NCBI GenBank assembly: GCA_018645365.1
Contig: JABGOP010000002.1
Span: 3,409 to 67,408, forward strand
Reading direction: 5' to 3'
DNA length: 64,000 bases
Origin: Candidatus Cloacimonadota bacterium
Lineage (GTDB): Bacteria; Cloacimonadota; Cloacimonadia; Cloacimonadales; TCS61
This document shows positions 41,859 to 52,686 of this stretch, in pieces; within the stretch, counting starts at the first letter, position 1, and each line of letters starts with the position of its first letter. The position numbers were made by a program, and so were the translations under genes. The notes beneath the pieces were generated by a model, which was given only the letters and a program-made list of their open reading frames with translations, was not told the origin of the DNA and searched no databases.

Positions 41859-42973
41859 GAATATTTTTTTTAGAAAATGAAAACCCATATAGGACATCAT
41901 CTGGTGGGATAATGTCGTACTTAATGAACCTTTCAACTTTTCTTAAAACTCAAAAAATAGAGACAATTTTATGTGGTGTTGGCAAACAACAATCTAAAAA
42001 AAATGAGATATTTTCTGAATTTAAACAGATTTTAGTTGATGATAATCCATCTAATTATAAATATATTTTTGCTTTATTCCGTAAATTAAAGACACTTAAA
42101 TTATCCAGAGAAACCATTATTCACGCTCAGCGTCCGGATATGTTAATTCCTGCAATTTGTTTATTTAGGAAAACAAAATTTGTTTGTTCATTACACGGTG
42201 CACATGACAAAGCAGTTTTCGATAAAAAAGGATTTGTCAATGGTGTTATTTACTCTTTTCTGCAAAGAATAGCTTTCAAATATGCAGATCTATTAATTGC
42301 GGTAGACGCTGAGACAAAAAGCTACTATCTAAAAAAATACTCTTTCATTAAAGATAAAATTCAATTAGTTCCAATTGCAGTTGATACTGATAAGTTTTGT
42401 GTGATGGACAAGAAAATTATTCGTGGAAAATATGGATTTTTGCAGAAGGATAAAATAATTATTTTTGTAGGTCGATTAGAAAAAGAAAAGAATGTAAAAT
42501 TCATTATTGATTCCTTTACTCATGTTCAAAAGAAAACCGAAAATGTTAAGTTGTTATTGGTTGGTGCCGGCAGGCAAGAAGAGGAATACAAATTATATGT
42601 TTCTCAAAAAGGAATAGAAAAGATTATCTTTAAGGGTGAAGTTGCAAATGAAGTAATTCCGGAATTATTAAATTGTGCTGATGTTTTTGCTTTTTCCTCG
42701 CTATATGAAGGTAGCCCAACTGTTATCAAGGAGGCATTAGCATGTAATATCCCAATAGTTTCTGTTGATGTAGGAGATGTAAAATCCGTAATAAATGGTT
42801 TAGAAGGGTGTTTTCTTGCTAAAAGAGAAATAAAAGATTTTAGCCTAAAATTGATTAATGTTTTGAATAATAAAGATAACTTTAAAGGTAGAAACAAAGC
42901 ATTAGAATTTAATAGTGAGAGTGTTGGTCAAATGACGCTGAACTTATATAAAAAATTGCGAGGCAAAGGTTAG
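41855..42973 (+). CDS. Glycosyltransferase, GT-B fold (GT4-like)
   Basis: ATGA overlap. FVGRLEKEKN and YEGSPTVIKEALACNIPIVSVDVGD motifs. Confidence 0.85.
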   Translation: MRIFFLENENPYRTSSGGIMSYLMNLSTFLKTQKIETILCGVGKQQSKKNEIFSEFKQILVDDNPSNYKYIFALFRKLKTLKLSRETIIHAQRPDMLIPAICLFRKTKFVCSLHGAHDKAVFDKKGFVNGVIYSFLQRIAFKYADLLIAVDAETKSYYLKKYSFIKDKIQLVPIAVDTDKFCVMDKKIIRGKYGFLQKDKIIIFVGRLEKEKNVKFIIDSFTHVQKKTENVKLLLVGAGRQEEEYKLYVSQKGIEKIIFKGEVANEVIPELLNCADVFAFSSLYEGSPTVIKEALACNIPIVSVDVGDVKSVINGLEGCFLAKREIKDFSLKLINVLNNKDNFKGRNKALEFNSESVGQMTLNLYKKLRGKG

Positions 42974-44706
42974 TGAATAGAATAGATAAATATAGCGTCG
43001 ACTTGATATTTGATAAAGAAAATAAAATTGAATTACTTAAGGAAGAGTATCCAAAAGTAATAGAAAAACTTAAAAAGAATAAGATTAGTTTTATAGAGTT
43101 ATCAGCTACAAATCAAGTTAATCGTTCTTTTTTTGAATGTGAAGAATTTACAAAAGCTTATGATGCCGAGGTTATTCATTATAATAATTGGAAAGCTGAA
43201 TTTCTTATAATTAAACAGAAATGGGAAAAAGAAGGAATTGAATATCTTTTCCATAAATCTATAGGTAAGTTCCCATATTTAAGTGATAATTTAGATGTAT
43301 TGGTTAGGCAGAAAGATTTTGAGCGTGCCGGAGAGTTATTGATAGAGTTGGGTTATGTTAATCTTAGAAATATTCAAGAAGCTCATAAGGAATTTTACAG
43401 GAAATTTGATGGTAACAGAGCAGTTTGTCCGATTCATTTGCATGAAAGAGTTTGTTGGAGTGTTCCATATGAAGACAACAAACATCTTTGGGAAAATCGC
43501 CTTGTCTCTTCTGATGATGAACTGGTGCATTATCCTTGTTATGACGATGCCCTTTTGATAAATACTGCACATTGTTTTCTTGAAGATCACTTAATTAAAA
43601 TTTATGATTTATTAACAATTAAAAGTTGCATGAATAATGTTGATGTTAATTGGGAATATATCTATAAAACAGCAGAAAAACTAAGCTGGCTGCAAAGTAT
43701 TCATACTGGCTTTATAATGTTTAATCATCTATATTATAAACTTTTTCAAGAAGAGATGTTCCCAAAAGAAGTAATAGAAAATTCATGGAATTTTATAAAT
43801 AAAATAGGTTGGATTTCGAAAAAATTAAAAAGAGATATTTTGATGGCAGAGATTAAAACGCCTTTTCGTATTCCTCACTTATGGACAAGAAGACATAGCT
43901 CCGAAAGAATATTTAATGATATCTCCTTTGGTTCAAAATTACAAAGATTGCAGATAATTTTTTCTTCATTACTAGATGGTTTTATCCATAATAAATTGCA
44001 GATAAAACCTCATCCTCCATTATTTGTAGTATTTAGTGGAATAGATGGCACCGGAAAATCTTCACACATTAATATTATCGTGGAAAATCATCAAACAAGC
44101 GGTATAAAGACTAATGTTGTTTGGAGTCGTGCGGGATCATTGCCTTTAATTAGTGCATTATTGAAAATAATTCATTTTTTTAGAGGAGGTTCTTCAAAAC
44201 AAAATAATAAAAGTAAATCAACTGTGTTACCCAAAAATAAACTGACAAATTATTTTTGGCGTTTTTTGAATGTATTTGAAATGATATACTACTATTTTAT
44301 TAAGATTAGAATACCTTTGATATTTGGCAAGTCTATTATTGCCGATCGATATATATATGATTCCATTATTGATATGGAAATCATAAATAATTCGTCAAAA
44401 TACGATAGATTTATTTATAAATTATTGGCATTTTTCACTCCTAAACCAGATGTTGTATTTCATCTTCGAGTTGAAATAGATGAAATATCAAAGCGGGGAG
44501 TTGATGAGCAAATTGATGCCTTGAAAGTGAAAGAATTACATTATAATGAACTATTATCGATGAAAAAAGAAGTAATTGAAGTGGATAATAATAAAAATTT
44601 TAATTCTGTAAACTCTGCATTAACCCAGATTTCACTCAAAAAATTATTTGATAAACATCCTGATAAATTTGAAGGTTATAAGGTTGTTTCATTTCGATAT
44701 AAGTAG
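42973..44706 (+). CDS. Fusion protein: nucleotidyltransferase-fold domain + thymidylate-kinase-like P-loop kinase domain (copy 2)
   Basis: GTG start in a TAGTG junction. N-domain SDNLDVLVRQKDFERAGELLIELGY...IHLHERV. C-domain FVVFSGIDGTGKSSH...IADRYIYDS...PKPDVVFHLRV. Confidence 0.6.
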   Translation: MNRIDKYSVDLIFDKENKIELLKEEYPKVIEKLKKNKISFIELSATNQVNRSFFECEEFTKAYDAEVIHYNNWKAEFLIIKQKWEKEGIEYLFHKSIGKFPYLSDNLDVLVRQKDFERAGELLIELGYVNLRNIQEAHKEFYRKFDGNRAVCPIHLHERVCWSVPYEDNKHLWENRLVSSDDELVHYPCYDDALLINTAHCFLEDHLIKIYDLLTIKSCMNNVDVNWEYIYKTAEKLSWLQSIHTGFIMFNHLYYKLFQEEMFPKEVIENSWNFINKIGWISKKLKRDILMAEIKTPFRIPHLWTRRHSSERIFNDISFGSKLQRLQIIFSSLLDGFIHNKLQIKPHPPLFVVFSGIDGTGKSSHINIIVENHQTSGIKTNVVWSRAGSLPLISALLKIIHFFRGGSSKQNNKSKSTVLPKNKLTNYFWRFLNVFEMIYYYFIKIRIPLIFGKSIIADRYIYDSIIDMEIINNSSKYDRFIYKLLAFFTPKPDVVFHLRVEIDEISKRGVDEQIDALKVKELHYNELLSMKKEVIEVDNNKNFNSVNSALTQISLKKLFDKHPDKFEGYKVVSFRYK

Positions 44707-45744
44707 ATGAAAAAGATATTGTTAGTAACGGAATACTTGAATCCGCCCTATGATGAGGGGATTAAAAAAACGGTATTTAATTTGTTTGAATATTTAGATG
44801 AAAATTATCATCTACGTGTAATTTGTCGATATGGATTTGAAAAAGAAAACGTTAATGTTATAGGAACCAATCGTTTATTTATTAGCCGAAAAATTAAACA
44901 TATCATCAGTAATTTCAGTCCTGAAATTTTGATTTATTTTCCATTTGCCTCGATGACTTTTGCCAGTTATTTAAGATTCTTTATTTTAAAAAAATATAGC
45001 AAAAATGCTAAATCAATTATTTTTGCTCTTCAACCGAAAAAAATGAAAAATTGGCAAGAAAGAATTGTAAATTTTATCAAACCTTCCGTTGCATTATCAC
45101 CTTCACCACAGTTAATTGAAAATTGGGACAAATTAGGGTGGAAATCAAAATTTCTACCTCTTTATACAGATTTAGAAAAATTTGTATTGTTACCAACCTC
45201 ACAATCAAAGAGTGAATTACGAAAGAGATACAATATTCCGACCAATAAATATGTCATTTCTCATATGGGGCACCTAAATGAAGGAAGAAATTTGGAATCA
45301 TTAATTCCACTCCAAAATATGGGATATCAAATAGTCATCGTCGGTAGTAGTTCTACTCCCAAAGATGCACTTGGGTCAGATAACTTGAAACAAAAATTAT
45401 TAGATTCAGGAATCATTATTTTAAATAAATACATAGAAAAGATTGAAGAAATTTACCAACTTTCTGATCTTTATGTTTTTCCTGTTGTTGCTGATTGTAG
45501 TTCAATTGGTTTGCCACTTTCCATATTAGAAGCACGGGCTTGTGGCATTCCTGTTTTAACTACTAAATTTGGAAGTGTTGAAGGTTTTTTATCTGATGAT
45601 TTTGGCAATATTATTTTTGAAGATTCGGATAACTTTGTTGATGTTGTTGCCAAAATAAAAAATAAAAAGAAAAACACAAGCACAAATGTTGATAGAATGA
45701 ATGCATTATATTTCGAGATAATTAACTCGGAGATAGATAAATGA
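44707..45744 (+). CDS. Glycosyltransferase, GT-B fold
   Basis: 345 aa. MKKILLVTEYLNPPYDEGIKK... and C-terminal GLPLSILEARACGIPVLTT. Confidence 0.7.
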   Translation: MKKILLVTEYLNPPYDEGIKKTVFNLFEYLDENYHLRVICRYGFEKENVNVIGTNRLFISRKIKHIISNFSPEILIYFPFASMTFASYLRFFILKKYSKNAKSIIFALQPKKMKNWQERIVNFIKPSVALSPSPQLIENWDKLGWKSKFLPLYTDLEKFVLLPTSQSKSELRKRYNIPTNKYVISHMGHLNEGRNLESLIPLQNMGYQIVIVGSSSTPKDALGSDNLKQKLLDSGIIILNKYIEKIEEIYQLSDLYVFPVVADCSSIGLPLSILEARACGIPVLTTKFGSVEGFLSDDFGNIIFEDSDNFVDVVAKIKNKKKNTSTNVDRMNALYFEIINSEIDK

Positions 45745-46874
45745 AAATAATTTCGGTAGTCGGCGCACGTCCTAATTTTATGAAAATTGCACCATTCATC
45801 AAAGCAATAAAAAAATACGACAAAAATATTCAGCACATTCTTGTGCATACTGGTCAGCATTATGATGTTAAAATGTCGCAATCATTTTTTGAAGCTCTTG
45901 ATATTTCAAAGCCAGGTATAAACTTAGAAATCGGTTCAGGTTCTCATGCAGAACAAGTTGGCAAAACGATGATTGCTTTTGAAAAAGTTTTGCTTTCTGA
46001 AAAACCAGATTGGGTAGTGGTAGTCGGTGATGTGAATGCAACTTTGGCTTGTTCTGTTACCGCCAAAAAACATCATGTAAAGGTTTGTCACATCGAAGCT
46101 GGGTTGCGCTCTGGTGATTTGAAAATGCCGGAAGAGATTAATCGGTTGGTTACAGATAGATTATCGGATCTTTTATTGACACCAGATTTGATGTCAAACG
46201 AAAATTTGATTAGAGAGGGTGTTTCGGAAGATAAGATAAAATTTGTGGGAAACATTATGATTGATACTTTGGAAGCAAATCGAGAAAAAGCACAAAAACT
46301 TAAAATTGGCGAGATAATCGAAAACAATAAAATTTCCGAAAATAGTGTAAAATTAACAGTTAATGATTTTGCGTTAATGACTTTACATCGTCCTTCAAAT
46401 GTGGATAAAAAAGAAATTTTAGCAGCGATTGTGGATTTTATATTAAATGAGGTTGTGCGAAAAACACCTCTTATTTGGTCGATTCATCCGCGTACAAAAA
46501 AGCAATTGCAAAAATTCAAATTATGGGAAAAAATTACCAGCTGCGAAGATTTAATTTTATTAAATCCAATTGGTTATCATGAGATGCTGAAATTAAATAT
46601 GAAAGCCAAAATTATGTTGACAGATAGTGGTGGTCTGCAAGAAGAATGCACTGTCTTGGGTACTCCCTGTTTGACGCTTCGTTGGAATACCGAAAGACCG
46701 ATAACATTACAGAAATTTGGTGGTGCGAGTGTTTTGGTGGGGAATAATATTGAGAGAATTAGAAAAGAATATAATGCTATTTTAGATAGCAAAATTGTAC
46801 CACTTTGTCCCAAATTGTGGGATGGTAAAACTGCCGAAAGATGTGTCGATGCGATTGTGAATTATAACTCATGA
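45741..46874 (+). CDS. wecB: UDP-N-acetylglucosamine 2-epimerase (non-hydrolysing)
   Basis: VVGARPNFMKIAPF, HTGQHYD, GSGSHAEQ, DSGGLQEE motifs. Confidence 0.92.
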   Translation: MKIISVVGARPNFMKIAPFIKAIKKYDKNIQHILVHTGQHYDVKMSQSFFEALDISKPGINLEIGSGSHAEQVGKTMIAFEKVLLSEKPDWVVVVGDVNATLACSVTAKKHHVKVCHIEAGLRSGDLKMPEEINRLVTDRLSDLLLTPDLMSNENLIREGVSEDKIKFVGNIMIDTLEANREKAQKLKIGEIIENNKISENSVKLTVNDFALMTLHRPSNVDKKEILAAIVDFILNEVVRKTPLIWSIHPRTKKQLQKFKLWEKITSCEDLILLNPIGYHEMLKLNMKAKIMLTDSGGLQEECTVLGTPCLTLRWNTERPITLQKFGGASVLVGNNIERIRKEYNAILDSKIVPLCPKLWDGKTAERCVDAIVNYNS

Positions 46875-47677
46875 AAGATTTCACATTTCACATTTACGAA
46901 AAGTTATTAACTTCTTTTTTGCAAAATCATTATGAATTTCATACATTAGAAAAATTTCACAATCACCAAATCACCAAATCATTAAATCAGCAAATAGTTA
47001 TGCGTCATGATGTGGATAGAAAACCGCAAAATGCATTGCAAATGGCAAAATTAGAAAATAAATTAGGCATCAGAGCAACTTATTATTTTCGAATTGTTAA
47101 AGCAAGTTTTGACGAAAAAATTATACAAGAAATTGCTTTAATGGGACATGAAATTGGTTATCATTATGAAAATTTGAGCATTGCTCAAATTTTAACAAAA
47201 AAAACAAAACCTCACAAAGAAGAATTATTTGAGATTGCGATAAAAGATTTTGAAGAAAATTTGCGAATATTTAGACAAATCTATCCTGTAAAAACAATAT
47301 GTATGCACGGTCGACCACTTTCAAAATGGGATAATCGAGAGTTGTGGAAAAAATATAACTATCATGATTTTGGTGTAACTTGCGAACCCTATTTTGATTT
47401 TGATTTTAACGAAGTGTTTTATGTGACGGATGCGAGTAGATGCTGGAATAATGAGACTGTAAACCGTCGTGATAAAGTTGAAACAAAATTTAAATTTAAA
47501 GTTGAATCAACTAATGACTTGATTGAATTGCTGGACAAAAAAGAGCTTCCGAAAAAAATGATTATCAATATTCATCCAGAACACTGGGCTGAAAATAATA
47601 TCGAATGGTTTAAAATTTGGATAATTAGGAAATTGAAAAATTTTATCAAAAAGAAAGTTATTAGAGGAAAAAAATGA
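46871..47677 (+). CDS. Putative polysaccharide deacetylase-like (CE4-like) protein
   Basis: 268 aa. MRHDVD and GHEIGYHY resemble NodB motifs 1 and 2. Assignment is tentative. Confidence 0.45.
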   Translation: MKDFTFHIYEKLLTSFLQNHYEFHTLEKFHNHQITKSLNQQIVMRHDVDRKPQNALQMAKLENKLGIRATYYFRIVKASFDEKIIQEIALMGHEIGYHYENLSIAQILTKKTKPHKEELFEIAIKDFEENLRIFRQIYPVKTICMHGRPLSKWDNRELWKKYNYHDFGVTCEPYFDFDFNEVFYVTDASRCWNNETVNRRDKVETKFKFKVESTNDLIELLDKKELPKKMIINIHPEHWAENNIEWFKIWIIRKLKNFIKKKVIRGKK

Positions 47678-48723
47678 AAATATTAATTACGGGTACAGCT
47701 GGATTTATTGGTTATCATTTATTGAAAAAATTGATTTCAACTGACAATCATATTGTCGGTTTAGATAATATTAATGATTACTACGATTTGCGTGTGAAAT
47801 ATGGAAGATTAGATGATTGTGGTATTTTAATTCAAAATATTAGATTAAATCAGCTGATTCAAAGTGAAAAACATGATAATTATAGGTTTATAAAAATGGA
47901 TTTAGCAGACCAAAAAAACTTGTATAAATTATTCGAAAAAGAAAGATTTGATGTTGTCATAAATCTTGCAGCACAAGCGGGTGTTCGTTACAGTATCACT
48001 AATCCAGATGCATATTTACAGAGCAATGTAATTGGTTTTCACAATTTATTGGAAGCTTGTCGGAATTACAAGATTAAACATTTGGTTTATGCGAGTAGTT
48101 CAAGTGTTTACGGTTGGAATGAAAAAATGCCGTTTTCCACTTCGGATAATGTTGATCATCCGATTAGTTTGTATGCTGCCAGTAAAAAATCAAATGAATT
48201 GATGGCACATTGTTATAGTGCATTGTATGATATTCCAACAACAGGGTTGCGATTTTTCACAGTTTACGGACCGTGGGGCAGACCAGATATGGCACTTTTC
48301 TTATTTACAAAAAATATAATCGAAAACAAACCAATAGATGTTTACAATTTTGGTAAGATGAAACGAGATTTTACATATGTTGATGACATCGTGGAAGGTA
48401 TCAAGCGAGTGATGGAAAATCCAGCAAAACCAAATCCGAATTGGACAGGGAATAGCCCGGATCCCGGTTCTTCCAAGGCACCTTATAAAATTTATAATAT
48501 CGGCAACAATGAGCCAGTTTTATTGATGGATTTTATCGAAGCAATTGAGGATGCACTCGGCAAGAAAGCAGAAAAAAATATGCTCCCAATTCAGCAGGGA
48601 GATGTACCAGCTTCCCACGCAGATGTAACGGATTTAATTCAAGATTTTAGTTATAAACCTGATACAAACATCAGAGATGGCGTTAATAAATTCATCAAAT
48701 GGTATTTGGAGTTTTACAGATAA
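47674..48723 (+). CDS. NAD-dependent UDP-glucuronate 4-epimerase-type SDR
   Basis: ITGTAGFIGYHL, LDNINDYYD, YASSSSVYG, YAASKK. Pattern of the CapI/LpsL/WbnF group. Confidence 0.75.
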   Translation: MKILITGTAGFIGYHLLKKLISTDNHIVGLDNINDYYDLRVKYGRLDDCGILIQNIRLNQLIQSEKHDNYRFIKMDLADQKNLYKLFEKERFDVVINLAAQAGVRYSITNPDAYLQSNVIGFHNLLEACRNYKIKHLVYASSSSVYGWNEKMPFSTSDNVDHPISLYAASKKSNELMAHCYSALYDIPTTGLRFFTVYGPWGRPDMALFLFTKNIIENKPIDVYNFGKMKRDFTYVDDIVEGIKRVMENPAKPNPNWTGNSPDPGSSKAPYKIYNIGNNEPVLLMDFIEAIEDALGKKAEKNMLPIQQGDVPASHADVTDLIQDFSYKPDTNIRDGVNKFIKWYLEFYR

Positions 48724-48726
48724 AAT

Positions 48727-50277
48727 ATGAATTCAAACACCAAATCAACAAGGATATCACTTACATTTCTTGTTTTGGATTTACTTTTTGCAACCGCTGC
48801 TTTTTTATTCGTAATTTGGTATAAGCCAGCTTCGAGAAGGGTATATCTTCCGCTTTACATTAAACCATTTTTAGGCTTTTTATTTTTGTGGTTCACCACT
48901 TCAGTTGCTGGACATAAATATAAACTTTCCAATAAAGAATCTTTTCGGGAAGTATTGGATTCGATATTTAGAGTAAATGCGGTTTCTGTTTCCGCTGTTT
49001 TTGCGTTGATTTACCTGTTTGAAAGATTTTCTTATTCAAAAATGATTGTTTTTGGAACGATTGGGCTGACTACTGTTTTTGAAATAATATTTGGTTGGTT
49101 TTATATTTTGGAGCAAGAGATAATTTCATCGTTAGAGCAATCCAATAAAATATTAAGTAAACCAAAATATGTTTACCCGCATTTTTCCAAAGGGAAAATA
49201 AAATTAGAAGAATTACCAAAATTAAGGGAAGATGAACTCTCGATTTTAGAAAATCTTGAATCTCATTTTTTAACAGAAAAAGGAGAGTTATTTCAATTCT
49301 TGAAAGTAAAAATTCCATTAAATAGAATAGCTAAATCAAAATCAGATTTTGTTAAATCTTTCGGAAATATTAAGAAAATACCACATCAATTATTAATTGA
49401 TTTGCATCGGATCAATGATTTTCGGCGGATAAATAGGCATTTTCATCAAATGAATAAAGCGGTAGGAAAAGGTGGTTATTTTGTTGGTTGTGTGGAAAGT
49501 CTAGAAGAACGACATCGTAAAATTGCAAAATTTCCAATTTTTATCTCGAAACCGATGTATCTTTTTGATTTTATTTTTCAGAGAATATTTCCCAAAATAC
49601 CCATCTTAAAAGAAATATATTTTTTCATACTGAAAGGTAAAGATAGAGCAATTTCAAAAGCGGAAACGCTAGGAAGAATTTGTTATTGCGGATTTCAAAT
49701 CGTGTCTGTTAAAGAGATTGAGAAAAAAACATATTTTATCTGCCGTAAATATAGCGAACCGAAGGAAGATGAGAATCCGTCTTACGGACCGCTTATCAAA
49801 TTGAAACGAGTGGCAAAAAATGGGAAGCGAATATTTGTTTATAAATTTAGAACGATGCACCCATATTCAGAATATTTGCAAGATTACATTCACGAATTAA
49901 ATAATTTGGAAAGTGGTGGCAAGTTCAAAGAAGATTTCAGAATAACCAGTTGGGGAAAGGTGTTTCGTAAATTGTGGATTGATGAACTTCCGCAACTAAT
50001 TAATCTGTTTCGTGGTGAAATTTCATTGGTCGGGATACGTGCATTAAGTGAGCATTATTTCAGTTTGTATCCGCCTGAAATGCAAGAGTTGAGAACAAAG
50101 TTCAAGCCAGGTTTAGTGCCACCTTTTTACGCGGATATGCCCAAAACATTTGAAGAAATTATCGAATCAGAAAGAGAATATTTACTGAAAAAAATGGAAA
50201 AACCGTTTTCAACTGACATTAAATATTTTTTCAAAATTTGGTGGAATATTATTTTTAAGAAAGCAAGGAGTAGATAA
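48727..50277 (+). CDS. Polyprenyl-phosphate sugar-phosphate transferase (bacterial sugar transferase family, initiating enzyme)
   Basis: N-terminal TM bundle, central soluble insert, C-terminal catalytic domain FVYKFRTMH...[21 protein letters not shown]. Confidence 0.85.
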   Translation: MNSNTKSTRISLTFLVLDLLFATAAFLFVIWYKPASRRVYLPLYIKPFLGFLFLWFTTSVAGHKYKLSNKESFREVLDSIFRVNAVSVSAVFALIYLFERFSYSKMIVFGTIGLTTVFEIIFGWFYILEQEIISSLEQSNKILSKPKYVYPHFSKGKIKLEELPKLREDELSILENLESHFLTEKGELFQFLKVKIPLNRIAKSKSDFVKSFGNIKKIPHQLLIDLHRINDFRRINRHFHQMNKAVGKGGYFVGCVESLEERHRKIAKFPIFISKPMYLFDFIFQRIFPKIPILKEIYFFILKGKDRAISKAETLGRICYCGFQIVSVKEIEKKTYFICRKYSEPKEDENPSYGPLIKLKRVAKNGKRIFVYKFRTMHPYSEYLQDYIHELNNLESGGKFKEDFRITSWGKVFRKLWIDELPQLINLFRGEISLVGIRALSEHYFSLYPPEMQELRTKFKPGLVPPFYADMPKTFEEIIESEREYLLKKMEKPFSTDIKYFFKIWWNIIFKKARSR

Positions 50278-51284
50278 TGAATATTTTGATAACTGGCGGT
50301 GCTGGCTACATTGGAAGCCACGCTTGCCTTGAATTTCTTAACGCTGGTCACCAAATTACAGTTGTGGATAATCTTTCCAATAGCAAGTTTGAATCACTAA
50401 AAAGAGTCGAGAGAATTACTGGGAAACAAATTCAATTTTATGAAACTGATATTTTAGAAAGAGTAAAGTTAAATGAGATATTTTCCAAAAATAAGTTTGA
50501 TGCTGTTATTCATTTTGCTGGCTTGAAAGCGGTTGGTGAATCTACGAAAAAGCCTCTTGAATATTTTCAAAATAATGTGTGTGGTACAATAAATTTATGT
50601 GAAATAATGAAAAAACACGATGTTAAAAATATAATTTTTAGTTCTTCAGCGACAGTTTATGGTGACCCTGAAAGTGTGCCAATTGCAGAAGCTTTTCCGC
50701 TTTCTGCCACAAATCCATACGGTCGTTCAAAATTGATGATTGAAGAGATATTACGCGATTTATATCGTTCTGATGAAAAATGGAATGTGGTTTTATTGCG
50801 ATATTTTAATCCCGTTGGTGCTCATAAAAGTGGAAAAATTGGCGAAAATCCCAATGGAATTCCTAATAATTTGATGCCATATATTTCTCAAGTTGCAATT
50901 GGTAAAAGGAAAAATTTGCAAATTTTCGGAGATGATTATCCTACCAAAGATGGCACGGGAGTGCGAGATTATATCCATGTAGTGGATTTGGCGGTAGGTC
51001 ATTTGAAAGCACTAAGAAAGATAAAAGATAATTCCGGTTTGAAAATTTATAATCTTGGAACAGGTAATGGTTACAGTGTATTGGAGATGGTAAAGGCATT
51101 TGAAAAAGCTTCCCATAGGAAAATTGATTATAAAATAATTGCAAGGCGTTCGGGAGACATTGCAGAATGTTTTGCCGATGTGAGCTTAGCAAATAAAGAG
51201 TTGAATTGGAAAGCAAAACGAAATATTGATGAGATGTGTGCTGATGCGTGGCGTTGGCAATCAAAAAATTTAAATGGATATTAA
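50277..51284 (+). CDS. galE: UDP-glucose 4-epimerase
   Basis: TAATG junction. [34 protein letters not shown]. Confidence 0.92.
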   Translation: MNILITGGAGYIGSHACLEFLNAGHQITVVDNLSNSKFESLKRVERITGKQIQFYETDILERVKLNEIFSKNKFDAVIHFAGLKAVGESTKKPLEYFQNNVCGTINLCEIMKKHDVKNIIFSSSATVYGDPESVPIAEAFPLSATNPYGRSKLMIEEILRDLYRSDEKWNVVLLRYFNPVGAHKSGKIGENPNGIPNNLMPYISQVAIGKRKNLQIFGDDYPTKDGTGVRDYIHVVDLAVGHLKALRKIKDNSGLKIYNLGTGNGYSVLEMVKAFEKASHRKIDYKIIARRSGDIAECFADVSLANKELNWKAKRNIDEMCADAWRWQSKNLNGY

Positions 51285-51320
51285 AATAAATTTTATTATA
51301 AAACGAAAAAGAGGAATTTT

Positions 51321-52640
51321 ATGAAATTAGCAGTAATTGGAACGGGATATGTGGGGTTGGTAACAGGTACTTGTTTTGCTGAAATGGGCAATAATGTTAT
51401 TTGTGTGGATAATGATAAAAGCAAAATTGATTTGTTAAATAACGGCGGAATTCCAATTTGGGAGCCTGGTTTAGAGGATATGGTGAAGAAAAATTTTTCC
51501 GAAAAAAGAATTCAATTTACCACTGATATAAAATCTGCTGTTGAAAAAAGTGATATTTGTTTTATCGCGGTTGGAACTCCGCCCGATGAAGACGGCTCTG
51601 CAGATTTGCGCTATGTTTTAGCGGTTGCGAGAGATATTGCTACTCATATGGATGGTCACAAAATAGTGATTGATAAATCGACTGTACCGGTTGGAACTGC
51701 TGATAAAGTTAAAGATACGATGCAAAAAGTGCTCGATGAACGAAAAGTAAATTTCACTTTTGATGTTGTTTCAAATCCTGAATTTTTGAAGGAAGGTGAT
51801 GCAATCAATGACTCGATGAAACCAGATAGAGTGGTAGTTGGTACCGATTCGGAAACTTGTGCAAAGACAATGCGAGAGCTTTATGCTCCTTTTGCACGCA
51901 GTCACGAAAAAATGATTATTATGTCAGTTCGTTCTGCCGAGATGACAAAATATGCGGCGAATGCGATGTTAGCTACCAAAATATCTTTCATGAATGACAT
52001 TGCTAATCTTTGCGAAAAATTGGGTGCAGATGTGCATGAGGTTCGTCACGGTATTGGTTCTGATTCACGCATCGGTTACAAGTTTATTTATCCGGGGTGT
52101 GGTTATGGTGGCAGTTGCTTCCCGAAAGATGTGAAAGCACTCATCAAGATGGCAAAAAAAGTTAATTCAGAAGTACGTATTTTGCAATCGGTAGAAGATG
52201 TGAATGATGACCAAAAACGAGTTCTTTTCGGTAAAGTTGTGAAGTATTTTGGCAAGAATTTAAGTGGTAAAACTTTCGCGATTTGGGGACTTTCTTTCAA
52301 ACCAAAAACAGATGATATGCGCGAAGCACCATCTCGCGTGATAATCGAGCATCTTATTTCGGCGGGGGCAAAAATTCAAGCTTACGATCCAGTTGCGATG
52401 GAAGAAGCAAAACACATTTTTGGTGAAAATTCGAACATCAAATATGCCGATGGAAATTACGAAGCTTTGAAGGGTGCAGATGCTCTTCTGCTTGTTACAG
52501 AATGGAACCAATTCCGCTATCCTGATTTTACAGAAGTAAAAAATAGACTGAAAAATCCAGTAATTTTTGATGGAAGGAATCAATATAATCCCAAAGACTT
52601 GCTGAGATTAGGATTTGAATATTTCTCAATTGGACGATAA
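51321..52640 (+). CDS. ugd: UDP-glucose 6-dehydrogenase
   Basis: [29 protein letters not shown] (catalytic Cys), [12 protein letters not shown]. Confidence 0.92.
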   Translation: MKLAVIGTGYVGLVTGTCFAEMGNNVICVDNDKSKIDLLNNGGIPIWEPGLEDMVKKNFSEKRIQFTTDIKSAVEKSDICFIAVGTPPDEDGSADLRYVLAVARDIATHMDGHKIVIDKSTVPVGTADKVKDTMQKVLDERKVNFTFDVVSNPEFLKEGDAINDSMKPDRVVVGTDSETCAKTMRELYAPFARSHEKMIIMSVRSAEMTKYAANAMLATKISFMNDIANLCEKLGADVHEVRHGIGSDSRIGYKFIYPGCGYGGSCFPKDVKALIKMAKKVNSEVRILQSVEDVNDDQKRVLFGKVVKYFGKNLSGKTFAIWGLSFKPKTDDMREAPSRVIIEHLISAGAKIQAYDPVAMEEAKHIFGENSNIKYADGNYEALKGADALLLVTEWNQFRYPDFTEVKNRLKNPVIFDGRNQYNPKDLLRLGFEYFSIGR

Positions 52641-52646
52641 AAAAAA

Positions 52647-52673
52647 TGGGAGCAATTTTGCTCCCATTTTTTT
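52647..52673. terminator. Bidirectional Rho-independent terminator between convergent ugd and the PorV-like gene
   Basis: TGGGAGCA (52647-52654), loop ATTT, TGCTCCCA (52659-52666), flanked by A8 upstream and T7 downstream. Confidence 0.85.
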
Positions 52674-52686
52674 GTTTCAGTAATTT

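Noticed and set aside
45471-45881. 136-aa minus-strand ORF spanning the junction of the glycosyltransferase and wecB.
   Set aside because: It overlaps two well-supported + strand genes, and its product has no recognisable features. It is a shadow ORF.
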